This document shows, one piece after another, positions 27,355 through 40,545 of a DNA stretch of 64,000 nt. Every line of letters starts with the position of its first letter. Within the stretch, counting starts at the first letter, position 1. Source of the stretch: Azolla caroliniana (lineage: Eukaryota; Plantae; Polypodiophyta); the NCBI GenBank assembly GCA_043228905.1, contig JBHGNT010000014.1, positions 19,964,001-20,028,000 on the forward strand, given 5' to 3'. The notes beneath the pieces were generated by a model. It was not told the DNA's origin and did no database searches. It saw nothing but the letters and a program-made list of their open reading frames with translations. The position numbers and the translations under genes are program-made.

Positions 27355-29047
27355 CTAGAATGTTCTAGAATGTCCTAGAGCATTCTAGGTCTAGAACATT
27401 CTAGAACATTCTAGAAATCTCTAAGCTATTCTATAGGAACCTATAAATAAGCGCATACATGTATTCTCAAATCAATTCGAATCATCTCAACATTATCAGG
27501 ACTTCAAGTGGCAAGATGGTTTACTCTTCTACAAGAATCTCCTTTACGTCCCCGACGGATCACCCCGACTTCAAGTGTTGGAACATTGTCATGATGCCCC
27601 CATGGCTGGACATTTTGGTATTTCCAAGACCATTGAGCTGGTGAAACGTTTGTTTTGGTGGCCTCACTTGCAAAAATTTGTCGAAGATTATGTTCGCACT
27701 TGTGACACCTGCTGTCCCGCCAAAATACCCCGGCATCACCCTTATGGCTTACTACAACCGTTACCCCCTCCCAACAAGCCATGGCAGTCTATTTCTATGG
27801 ATTTCATTATGGATCTGCCGCCTTCCAAAGGCTTTGATACTATTTTAACAGTAGTGGATCGGTTCACCAAGATGGCACATTTTGTACCATGTGTAAAGAC
27901 CATCAATAGTGAAGAAACTGCAGATCTCATTATGCGTGAAGTGTTTCGCCATCATGGTCTCCCGAATGATATTATTAGCGATCGAGGTCCTCAATTTATC
28001 TCACACTTTTGGAAGCACCTATGGGCAGGCCTCAAAATCTCTTGCAAACTCTCTTCGGCTTATCATCCACAAACTGACGGACAAACAGAGCGCACAAATC
28101 AAACGCTCGAGCAATATCTTTGATGTTTCATTAGTTATCAACAAGATGATTGGAGTAAAATTTTACATCTTGCCGAGTTTGCATACAACAACACGGTCCA
28201 CTCTTCTACCTAAGTTACACCTTTCTTTGCCTACACCGACAACCACCCTCGATGGTGTATACTGGATCTTCCCGAGGTGTCACGAAACCCTAGTGCGGCG
28301 CATCACCTCCACCGACTACAACAAATCCAGTTCGAGTTATCGTCACATCTTCAGAAAGCGCAAGCACACCATAAGACCAATGCCAATCGACATCGTCTTA
28401 ATCTCCGTTTAAGGTTGGTGACCGTGTATGGTTGCTTCGTCGTCACATCAAGACTACCCGACCGTGTGCTAAGCTTGACTATCAATGCTTAGGTCCTTTT
28501 GTCATCACGGCGCAGATTAATGATGCAACATTTCGTCTTAACCTTCCTGCACATATGCGACTTCACCCTGTCTTTCATAGCTCTCTTTTGGAACCTTGCC
28601 ACACCTCTTTAATTCCTAATCGTGTCGTGCCACCACCGCCTTCTGTACAACTTGTGGACGGCCCCGAATACGAGGTAGCTGCTATTCTCGATTCTAAGAT
28701 TGTGCGCAATAAGCTTTATTATCTAGTTGATTGGCTTGGTTATCCTCCGAGTGATCGCACTTGGGAACCCATCGATAACGTTTATAAAGCTGAAGCTCTG
28801 GTCAACGACTTCCATCGTCACTATCCAAACAAGCCCGGCCCAACAATGTTAACGCCGACTTCCACTCGGCGTTCTCGAAGGAGGGATAGTGTCATGAACA
28901 CATGACCATTATGGCGTCACTCGGACTTGAACCTCGAACCTTGTAATTCATACTTGAAAACCTTAATCATTAAGATAGCTTATTGTTATATGAAATAATA
29001 AAAGCTACTTCTTGTATTACATTGATTATTGTAAAAACTCTAGATTA

Positions 29048-29144
29048 TTCTAGAATGTTCTAGAATGTCCTAGAGCATTCTAGGTCTAGAACATTCTAGA
29101 ACATTCTAGAAATCTCTAAGCTATTCTATAGGAACCTATAAATA
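29048..29144 (+). promoter_or_regulatory. Heat-shock element array + TATA box in the chromovirus LTR
   Basis: TTC-ta-GAA-tg-TTC-ta-GAA (29048-29065) and GAA-ca-TTC-ta-GAA-ca-TTC-ta-GAA (29089-29111); TATAAATA at 29137. Confidence 0.7.
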
Positions 29145-30864
29145 AGCGCATACATGTATTCTCAAATCAATTTGAATCAACATCAGTCTTTAGCTCTCAT
29201 TACATATCTTGTATCCATTCTCTTTCTTTCTCTATCTTATACATACATTCTTCTCTATCCTTCTTCCATCACTCTATCTTTTATCCTTGGTTCTGACAGT
29301 ATCAACATCTTTCTCATGGATTTAAGAATGATGATATTTGTCCTTGTATATTTATCAAGCATTATCTCAAAGAATTTGTCATCATTGTTATTTATGTTGA
29401 TGAGCTCAATATTATTGGAACATCCAATGCTATTGAAAATGTTGTGGCTATGCGTAGATGCCAATTTGAAATGAAAGACCTCAGTTTAACTACATTCTGC
29501 TTGGGTCTTCAGATCAAGCACCTATCTAATGGAATTCTTCTTCATCAGGGCTTTGATATCCATAAAATATTAAAATGGTTTTCTATGTATCAAGCTCATT
29601 CTATTAGAGCTCCTATGGTAGTGCGCTCTCTAGATCCTTCTTGTGACCCATTTCGGCCAAGATCTTCTAATGAGTCAGCATTGGGCTCACATTATCCTTA
29701 CATGGCTATTGTTGGTGCACTTATGTACTTGGCCAATTGTACGTGTCCGGACATTTCGTTCGTTGTCAATTTGCTGGCTCGATATAGTCACGATCCTATC
29801 AGAAGACACTGGATTGGAATTAAGCAGATTTTCCGATATTTGCGAGGCACTCAAGATATGGGTCTTTTCTTTACCAACGATTCTATGCACAATCAATTGA
29901 CCGGTTATTCTGACAATGGGTTTTTATTTGGCCCTCACGTTGGCAGATCACAAACAGGATATGTTTTCCTTGTTGGTGGCACAACGATCTCTTGGCGATC
30001 ATCAAAGCAAACATTGGCTGCAACATCTTCAAATCATGCTGAGATATTGGCATTACATGAAGCAAGCCGAGAATGCCTATGGTTACAACGCTTAATTGGG
30101 CATATTGAAAGTTCTTGTTAGTCATTTTTTGAAATTCCAAACTTTATTATTTTTTCCAACTTATAAATCCAATCCAATCCAACTTTGAGATGATTTACCA
30201 TACCTGTTTGATTGAATCATTCGCGAATGCGAATGCACGTAGGGTATGTATCGTTCATTCTATGCATACATCCATCATCCATCCATCCATCCATCCATAA
30301 CATACATACATACCATCATTCATACATGCATACATACACACATACAATGATACATGCATTCATACATACATACATACATACATGGATACATACATACAAA
30401 CATATATAACATACATACATACTAACATACATAACATACATGGATACATTAATAGTACGTAAAATTCATGTTCATCTAGCATAACATTCGTTTTCCTACA
30501 TTGAAAAACGAATGAGAATGTTATTCAAACATTCGTGTGTGTGTTTTTTCCCCATTTTTTAATGTTTTTATTGTTTATTGTTTTCAATTTTTAGGCTTAT
30601 TTACCTCATAGTAAATAGTTAATCCAAAAGTATGGTATTTATCATTCTTTGAGGGTGTTTTTGTTTCGAGAATGGTTCAATCATTCTCGAATGCGAATGC
30701 ACATATGGTACGTATGGTTCATACTATGGATCATCATACATACATGGATACATACATACATGGATACATACATACATACATACATTCACACACACAGAGG
30801 AGGCCATCGCTTTTCCTCTGCAATCGCCATCGCCACTTCCTCCCAAGGTTGCGTGCACATTCGT

Positions 30865-30918
<54 letters not shown>

Positions 30919-31605
30919 AGAAAAGTTATTTTGAGTCCCCTCTGTTGTTGTTTTTTGAGGCCGCGCTTTCCTGCCCTCTATTTTCTCTGAATCGCTTCCT
31001 CTTTCTATTCCTGTCGCCTTAATGAAAGACGACCGACAGATTCAGGTTCGCCCAGAGACATAGATAGAGACTAGGATTCACAGGAGTGATCAGAGAGAGA
31101 GAGAGAGAGAGATAGAGAGATTAGGGCTGCCAAGAGAGTGGAAGAGTTTATTGATCAATCGATCAAAAGCCTGTGGAGAGAGAGAGAGAGAGGCAGAGCT
31201 TAGGGTTGAGAGAGTAAGATTGGAAAAGGGAGGAGACTGTGGCGGGGGAGGTAGCATAGCATCGAAAGAGGAGGAAGAATTGAATATTAGGGTTAATAGG
31301 GGGGGGGGGGGTGGAGAGAGAGAGAGAGAGAGAGATTAGGTTTGTCTGGACAGAAAGAGAGAGGGAGATTAGGGACGATGGAGAGACAGAGATTAGGGTT
31401 GAGAATATAATAGGGTTCAGCTCGAGAATATTTGGGTGTACTGACATGAATGATTGTGCTGCACAACAAATAGAATAGTGTACCCCAGTAGCGCGTGCAG
31501 TCTATTGATCTGCAGGTATAGGCCGTTTACTTTGCCTCTTTGCTCTCTCCCTCTCCCTCTCCCTCTCCCTCTCTCTGTGTCGCAGTATTCTTCTGATTGG
31601 TGGTG

Positions 31606-33941
31606 ATGGGGGATTCCTTCTTCGGTGCAGTCTTCTATAGTTGCAGCAAATGCCGAAGCCCCGTGGCATCCCACGAAGACATCATCTCCAAAACATTCCA
31701 GGTACTTTCTATCTGGCTTTCACACAGGGAGACATGCAAAGAGATAGTTCTTCTATATGTTCATATATGTTGGTATGTGAATATGTCTGTATGTATACTC
31801 ATACACCTTATATGTGTGTGTACATGTCATAAAACAAACATCTTTGTAAAATTGATACCTTTTGAATGAGTACATGTCGATTAACTTATGATTATATGAA
31901 GGGTAACGCATAAATGGTTTCTCTCAATAGATGTATTCATGTACGTGGTAATAAACAGATGGTTGTTCTCAAATCCTGAATATGTATGTGGATACAACGA
32001 TACCCATTGTGTTTGTAGAATACAACTCTGTTTAAGATTATTTGTTTCTTGCTTTTCCAATCATGTTAAGAGTTACCTGTATCCATGATAGGTGATTGGG
32101 ACTAATGATGATACTTAAATAATCTATATCTTTATATATATATATATATATATATGCAAATGTGTATGAATCTCTATGTACATGTAGATACCTTTGCATC
32201 TCAAAGAAGTACAAAACACATCCCCATTCTGGGAAGATATAGTTTATTGACCCCTTTGCTTTATGTCCTTACGAATTTTATGTGGTAATGCACTAAATAC
32301 ATCAATGGTTCTTGTATGAATATATCTGTATATTTGCATATATCTATGCATATAGATACATACACATTTGATGGGGAAACAAGATGTTTTTTGTTCAAAA
32401 TCATAGTTTCTAATTCCTGGAAGTACGTATATCTCAGTATGCTTGTGATGATTCTTGCATACACACACGTACATCTACGTACATACAAGTGTCCAGTGGC
32501 TCAAGACCTTATAAACACATACAAAGAAGGAGAATAAACAACCGGGCATTTGAGGTTTCTTAGAAAAGGTGTGCAGTGTATTGTACTAAATGCACAATCT
32601 TTTGATGACCTTAAAAAAGTGGAGTTCCTATCACCAAATATCATGGAATTCATTTCATTCATTACACAAAATCAGTGTGGACATTGGGGATTCATGCACA
32701 TTCATTGAATATGAGAATACTGTGTGATCACACTAGCTTTAACTTCAAATTTTCAATGCTTTTTCAATTTGTCCTTTTCTTTTACTGGTTTCATTTTCCT
32801 ACTGTTGTGATTTTTATCCCTGCATTCTTCCCTTCTCCTCTGGTATGATGGATTGCCAATCCATTCTATACTCTATAAAATAAAATAAAACAAAATGAAG
32901 AAGCCAAAATATCAACAATATGAAAGTAATGCTAATTGGTTTTTGCCTCAAGCAAAATTGCACTACACACTAGTAAATTCAGAATCATTGTAATAGCTGT
33001 TCAAATATGCTCGCACAAGATTGGAAATGGGTTTTTACAGTTTGAGTTCAATATATGACAATTCTTCTATAGAATATCATCTTAAGCTAACCAGGATGCA
33101 TAACTACAATGCGATATTAATGTTCATAGTTCGCAAGGATGAAGGATGGTCTCTGATTGGGTATCTTTTATGTTCTTTATACCATCTTTATATCTGATGT
33201 GAAAGATACCACTTGAGACTTTGATCTGATTTGTCAGTAATGCTTGTGTGAAAGAATGTTCCAAATGGCTATACCTGGGATATTTAGCCTTTTAGTAGGA
33301 TCATTTATAGCTTGTCTTATGAGGGAGTGAAGTGGAAGAGAGAGGTTGTGTGGAAGATATGTGAGAGATCGAAGAAATCAAGTAAACTGATGGACATCGC
33401 TAACATGATTGAGATCTCTCCATTGCCATACTCAAATCTTAAAAAGCTAATAAGTTAGAGCAGGCCGACGTTTTCAATTGTACAATATTGTAATTACTTA
33501 TTTTATTCAAGGTTTGTAGTCTTATTTTTGGCATGTAATGCATTGATCATGTGGCATTTGTTTAATCATCGAACGACCTGAGAATCATTGAAGAAACTAA
33601 TGGTAAATTTGTTTCAAGATGAAGATCTAAACACTTCCCTTTGCTCCCTTACATCATTTTATTATTATTAATGCTGCATATAATTTTAAATAGATAAAGT
33701 ATGATAAACACAGGGAAGACATGGGCGCGCATTTCTTATATGCAATCTTGTCAATATAACAGCGGGTGAAAAAGAAGATCGGCAACTTATGACAGGTCTT
33801 CACACGGTTGCAGATGTAGCATGTTGTCAGTGCCATGAAGTTCTAGGTTGGAAGTATGAAAAAGCTTATGAAGAGGCCCAAAAGTATAAAGAAGGAAAAT
33901 TTATTCTTGAAAAAGCAAAAGTGATGCGAGAGAATCGATAA
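31606..33941 (+). CDS. Yippee-like zinc-binding protein (~107 aa), 2 coding exons
   Basis: Exon 31606-31701 ([22 protein letters not shown]) and exon 33714-33941 ([55 protein letters not shown]). Confidence 0.93.
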
Positions 33942-34342
33942 AAACCCATCATCATGGGAAAATTCTCACATATAAAACCATTGCATTTGATCTGATATAG
34001 CGAAGGCTTCCAATAAAGACATGCATCCTCCTTGAAGGTTGGTTGGTTTGTTGGATGCATAAGGCTTGTATATTCAGTCCTTGAAATAATCAGATCTTGT
34101 TCTGTATATATGTTTCCTTGTATAATTTTCCATTCTTGTACAGTGACCCGATGCTTGTTCCCACTTTATCCTCTATATTCAATCAAAGATTTAAATGTAC
34201 AGTGATTCTTGTTTCTTTATTTATTGCAACACCCCTCCATAAAAAAAGGAGGTTGACCAATTGATAATTTTATTTAGATGTTTTTTTTGCAACTTTGGCT
34301 GTAACAAAAGAAGTTGAAGGAATTTGATTTAGCAGTCTTGTG

Positions 34343-34522
34343 TTGTAATTTAGCTTTGTGGGCACTTTATCCTCAGATGAGTTGCCTTTCTGGCTGTGAG
34401 TCTTGCAATTGAGCTTTGGAGGCACCTTGTCCTCAAATGAGTTGCCTTTCTGCCTGCTAGTCTTGCAATTGAACTTTAGAGACACCTTGTCCTCATATGA
34501 GTTGCCTTTCTGTTTGTGAGTC
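34343..34522. repeat. 60-bp tandem repeat, 3 copies
   Basis: Unit TTGCAATTGAGCTTTGGAGGCACCTTGTCCTCAAATGAGTTGCCTTTCTGNCTGYGAGTC recurs every 60 bp. Confidence 0.85.
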
Positions 34523-35066
34523 TTACAACACCTTCTATGGTTTACCTTGTGATAAGATCATTACTATTGCGTCATTATCTGCGAGTTTTTTTTGTATTGC
34601 CATGTTTTGCTAGAATGCTATTTCTACAGGAAAAAGAAATTGAAAAAAGAAAAAGAAACCTTAACTGCCAATGTAGATGGAAGCAATGATGATCCAACAT
34701 CATCTATCTTTGCTTCTCCAGCAAATGCAACTTGTATATTATTGCATGATGATTGGCAATTATCAATTATGTGCTGCTCTTAATTTTTGGATCTTTAGAT
34801 GACAATAATAACTCAATGAATTGATTAAGATAAAACAACTTCAAACTGATTCTTTTGCTCTGCAAGCACGATACTATGGAGTTTATTAGCGCGGATGTAG
34901 ACAAAGATGCACACGCTATGCATTTACTTATTTTTGCTCAAATTAAAATGGTACAAGCCACTAGATTTCCATTGGAAATTTTGATATCATAATCGGGAAA
35001 CCTTGAGTTGTAATTACATCATAATCAATGAAATGAGATCAATACTCTATTTTGGCTAAAGTTATA

Positions 35067-38000
35067 CTAGGGAGTATAATTTTGGAGGTGTTTTTCAGTC
35101 TCTTGGACATATGCCCACACGCTAGAGATAAACATACTCTTCATCAAATTTGCAGTTGTTGATTTCAAGTCTTCCTTGTGATATAGTTTAACTTCACAGT
35201 CCTTTGACTCGTTCACTTCGAGTATTCATATGATGACAATAAAGGGATTAGATCTTGTTCACTTTTAAGAATTCATATGATGATAATAAAGGGATTAGAT
35301 CAATGTCTATTGCTCTTGGAAAGGTAATATTTTGTAATATGTTTTCTATATGAGTAACAATGCATATTGCCCGACTATATTGATTTAGATTTACCTTTGG
35401 AGATTCGCCACCCTGAGAAATAATCACGCACAAGTGTTTGTTGATCTATTGAATTTGTAATAGGATGTTGGCATGCCTAGAAGGAATTTAGAAAGTCATG
35501 GGATCAACATTTTTCAATGCATTACAAGTTTTAAGTTTTGAGCAAACTTAACATCAAGTTTATCGAAATTATGCATTTATTGGCACCATACCATCCAAAT
35601 AGTTGATTGCAATGGGGATGCTAATTTATTTCTCAAAACCTCTACTACAAATACCTTTGAAACACAAAAGAATTGTTCATCGCCTTCTTGTTGCTGCCAC
35701 AATTTTGAAGCTATAACGTAGTCCCTTTGACCAAGATATGGATACACTTTGATGATGTGCCAAACTGTAGTTCCAGAAATTTCATCGACCATCAACCGTT
35801 GTGCTTTCTTGAATTTGTCATCAGTCTTCAATTTGTACTCATTGTCCATCATAAAATCTTTTAGCTTTTTGGTATCCGAGAAGTTCTTATATATTGTTGT
35901 GCTGAGGTATTCAGTAGGACCCTATTTAAAATTTCAAAAGATATAAAACGTTAAATATGTTGGATTGTATTAAATCACTAGAAGTTATTGTGTAATAAGA
36001 CTAATTTCCTAGGCTCTTATTGGGGGAATCATAGTGTTTTGATGAAACTCTCACTCGTAGGGTATAATGTCCATCATATGTGAAAGAATTGTAACTACCT
36101 TTAAATAGAGATATTTGTCTAAGTGTATAAGAAGTAATCCAACCCAAGTAATCAAACTCTAAGGTTTCAAAAGATGCATTCACATGGCCGCTCGCATACT
36201 AACACATTGAACCTAATTGATTGAGGTATAATAGAATTGTTTTGATAACATCATATCCAATTAAGGAGCGAGACACTACCTACATGGACTAAGACAAAGT
36301 ATATTACATGAAGAATGAGTGTGGCACTACACTTGCATAACAAAGAGGGCCTTGCAAATATAAAAATGATTTAGCAACTAGTGTACAAGTATGTCTATAA
36401 GTAGTTGTTGAGGGGGAAACTTAAGCAAGAGACTATTTTAATACTAGTTATATTTCTTCTTTGAAGTATAGAAAGACATTAGATACCTTGTAAAGTTGCC
36501 TTTTTTTTAAGGTATATGTCAATGTATTTGTCGCGTTCGTATATATTTGTTTCCAATCTTGCTCGTTATCATGTTGGAGACATTTCTCAATATACATTTG
36601 CACTTTCTTGTTGATTTGATACGGGAAACTATTTTGATGCATCGATAAATGTGTCGAATTTGTGGCTTCTTCACTTTTGCCACTACTTTCCACTGGTAGT
36701 CTTTCATCTCTATTGTAAAATTCAATGAAATCCATAGAACTCAAGCTTACATTCGTGAAGTAAATCAACGTCATGTTTTATTTGCAAACAAACAATGGAT
36801 GACCATGAGTGAGGATGGACGTTTCTTCATCACCGTGTTAAAATCCAAATTAAATATCTTCCATTTATTATTTGGAGCTAGTGAAAATAAAAGGCATCAA
36901 TTTATATGTAAACCAAATCGCAAGCTACAAACTGCCAACTACATCCAATATTGTGATAATGGAAAAGTATGCAAAGAAATGAGTTATTCTTGAGCCTAAC
37001 ATATATTTAGTCATATCATAGGCCAACATATAGATATATTGTTAATTATTTAGGAAGCCTAGGAATGACGAAATCCAGCATCCATGAAATACTATAGCTA
37101 GAAAATATGATCCAAGAAGAACGATGGGATGTTATATTGGTCATTCAATGTCGACAATATATCCTTAATCTGCACTTTCATTTTAAAACATAGTCAAATA
37201 TAATGTTCGTTTATAAACACTTTTTTGGTCAAAATAATCAAGTGGCAAGAGGTGCATCACATCAAAATGAACACAATGACATATACAAAATGATAATAAC
37301 TTTCCTAATGAACTCTTCAAAGAGAGAATATCAAAGATCCCCCCCATAGTAATGATAATTTTGTAGTATGAAAACAATGCCCATCAGTTTTGAAACATCA
37401 TTTCTATCTTCATAGTCAAAATGGGAAATGTGATCAACATAGCTAATTGATAATCTCATCATAGGGAAGAAAAAGAAAGAAAATTTTAAGGATTTAAGAC
37501 CACAGAAAGATCCATGAGGAAGAGGAAAGGTTCTTAAACAAACAAGGAAGTGTGATGGCCTATGGTACTATCTCAAGATCTACACAATTATATTTTTGGA
37601 ATAACAATGGATACCCATTGAACATGGAAATTGTTATGGATGAGCTAACCAATTAATCAAATATTATATATTTGCAAATGGTATATTTGTATGGAATGAC
37701 CCATCAATGGCTTCACATGTTGAAAACACATTAAAAAAGAGAAAGAAGGTATCTTGAATAAGAAAGTATGTTATTATCAGAGGGTATCTTGAATCACATA
37801 CATGACTCTTAACTTGGATAATGCAATATGGAACTAAATCATTTAATTTCATGTATGGATCTCAAAATGATTCGAATATGTAAGGTTCAATATGACCATA
37901 TTTGTCCATAGACTTTAAAAGAGTGCCTATGTTTGCTAGGATGGTTGAGGACATACATACTCCAAAGTTTAGAACTCCAATATGGTGCAAGTTTAGCATG

Positions 38001-39052
38001 CAAATGGGAAGCTTTCAAACAAGCCATTTATCCATAAATAAAGACATGATTTTTTGTGAAGCACAAGCCTTATAAAGGTATCGATAATTATTGCTCAAAG
38101 GAAAAATGGTTTGATACGGAATGTTGAAAGCCCAAAAGTACTTGATGAGTTTGGATGTAGCCAAAGATGATAAAAACCATCAAACTTATCTAGATGCATA
38201 CAAAAGCCTTAATTCAAAAAAGAGAAGAATATACAAAGTTAATTAAAAATTTCTCTAAACCATTATGAGTTCAACAAATAACATTGACACATGTTGGTCA
38301 CCACATTTCTTAGTCAAGTGCATATATGGTGATTGAAATACCATCACAATAACATGAGGATATTGGCATTGAATAAAACCTCATCTTGTATGCGATGCAA
38401 CTCAAGGTTCATCGTGCACTGAAGTAATAGTTTGGTTAACCTATTTAAAGAGCCATCTTTCCAAACAAGGGGAAGAGGGTAAACTAGATAAACATGAATT
38501 CAATCCTCACCATAATTATTTTTTGTCCCCCATAGTCTCGTCTCATAGATCATGCACGATGGAAGCATATTCTGCCTCCCTATGGATGTTAATAAAAATC
38601 TCTCTCTCTCTCAAAGAAATTTACCCAATTGCATTTAGTGTTGGTGTCTCAACAAGTTGTTGCTCAAGTGTGTCCTCAACTTCCAATTGTTCGATAGAAG
38701 GGCCCGCCGACAAAGATGACAACAACAATGATCGACGTTGTCTCCGGATAAAAAAAAATGCACATCCCATGGCAGCCAATGTGGCGACGAAGGCCACACG
38801 TGTCACAAATGTCCGCCATTTCGTCTCCTTCCTAGATGCAATATACTTGTAACTTTTATTGTCATCATGATTATTATTATTTTGGTGATTATTATTGGCA
38901 CTATTCCAATATTGAAGCCACCACCATGTCTTCCCTACTTCGCCTTGGGGTGCCATGGATTTTGTTAACAAGGAGGAAGGAGGAAGAGTAGGAGAAGGAG
39001 AAGGAGAAGGAGAAGGAGAATCTTTAATGAAAGGACCTCTATAATACGCCAT
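35067..39052 (-). CDS. Membrane-anchored START (PCTP-like lipid-binding) domain protein, 5 exons
   Basis: Exons ~39052-38625 (TM segment VAFVATLAAMGCAFFFI), 36739-36487, 35921-35655 (GPTEYLSTT..LKDFMMDNEY..RDYVIA), 35476-35395 (YFSGWRISK), 35215-35067 (CEVKLYHKED..VWAYV, TAG). Confidence 0.78.
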
Positions 39053-40545
39053 GCTTTTTTCTTTCTTTCTTTCTTTCTTTTATGCTTTTTTCTTCACCTC
39101 CACTCATCCTTACCTTCACATATATAAATTTAATGTGTGTGTGTGTGTGTGTGTGTGTGATTTGTGTTAACGTCCACAACACATTAAAAATTAATGGTAA
39201 CTCCAATGGGCAAGATTTGGGGCACTTCTAACCATGTCCATGACCTGCAATCATAAGGTCTTTTTGAAAGTCAAGCTTCTTCAAGGAATCCCTTGGGCAT
39301 TCTCTATTTCTTTGTCTGTAACTTAGGGATATCCCACTTCAAACTTACATTTTTTTACTTTTTACTACTTGTAAGCACTTCCGTGCCTACAAAGACACTT
39401 TGTACGTTTCTCTTTGTGATATTTTGGGTTTTCACCTTCACATTGAGGTTGCCCTCGAGTAATACAAGTATAACTAGAACAAATATTTCTACAATGTGTG
39501 TGCATGTGTTTGTTTGTGTTGGCTTGTTCGCATTTTCAATTTGGGTGTTTATAGAGAGACCATCTATAGCATTTGACTTCTCTAACTTGATCAATCACCC
39601 TCAAAAATTGCCTACCCCATGTTCTTATATGAGAGCTACCTTGCCTAGCATTACCACTCGAAACTTCTTCATAGTTACAAGCAAGTCAAATAAGTCATCT
39701 CTTCCTTTCATGATTTGCAACGAATATAGGATTTTATGATTTGCACCCTTAAATTGTCATGCCTTGACTTATGGTGGTTCCAGCGGTTGCCCCCCATCAA
39801 CCTTTATCATTCATTGTACCACAAAAAATATGTTAAAAAGACTTGAAGAATTAAATAATAGAAGTCAAATTGTAGTCCTCTTGTTGTACTTAGTTTTTTC
39901 TTGAACATGCTTATGGAGTCCATATATGCAAGCAATCTTAGCATTATAAGTCATTGTAAGGGCTACTTTGCACATGCCTATATGGACACAATGAAACTTT
40001 TTACCATTTGATTTCTTTGTGTTACTTGCTAGAAACACATGCTTATTCACTTTGTTAAGTCAGAATGAAAACTCTTGTGGACAACTGAATAATCATATTG
40101 TCAAAATATTGATGGAAATATTTAGCAATTGTATTGTAAGACATCAATGACACTCTTTACCATTATAATTCCATAAATGCAATGCTTGCAACCTCTCCAA
40201 TATATGTATATTTACACACACACACACACATCATATAAGATGAATTTCAATCTTCTTTAATTTGCATTACATTGATCAATTAATGTGATTGTAAATTTGT
40301 AATCAAGCATTTTCAAATAGAGTTTCATTATTAGTACACTTCTATGCATACCATAATTACTTGTTAAATATTTGCTTTAATTTTTCTTTTGGTTCTCCAT
40401 GCCAGAACAAAAGATGAATCAATGTTGCTGAATTTTCATGTCCGAATTCATTCACTTTGCTAATGAGGAATGTAAAATATGTTTATCCTTCCAAAGTAGT
40501 TTGAGAAATTGATTCTTTTTGCTTTTTATCCCGTTTAGTTTTTTG

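Larger units (their letters stand above)
26647..29298 (+). mobile_element. Internally deleted chromovirus (Tcn1-like Ty3/Gypsy): LTR-integrase-chromodomain-PPT-LTR
   Basis: 5-bp TSD GTATC (26642-26646 and 29299-29303); LTRs from 26647 and 28890-29298 (TGTCA...TGACA); PPT AAGGAGGGATAG; integrase HHCC, SMDF, SDRG, QTDGQTE; chromodomain EYEVAAILDSK..YYLVDWLGY..TWEP. Confidence 0.93.
23700..30121 (+). mobile_element. Degenerate Ty1/Copia, Bianca-like lineage; host of a nested chromovirus (5' LTR start approximate, no 3' LTR seen)
   Basis: LTR end ...ATAACA at 23964, then Bianca-type PBS-like CGTGATCAACACG; gag LALDGSNYMTW, CLRCGLRGHWAITC; RT KARFVAQGFTQ, LYGLKQA, YVDE; RNase H ATSSNHAEILALHEASREC. 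Confidence 0.85.
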
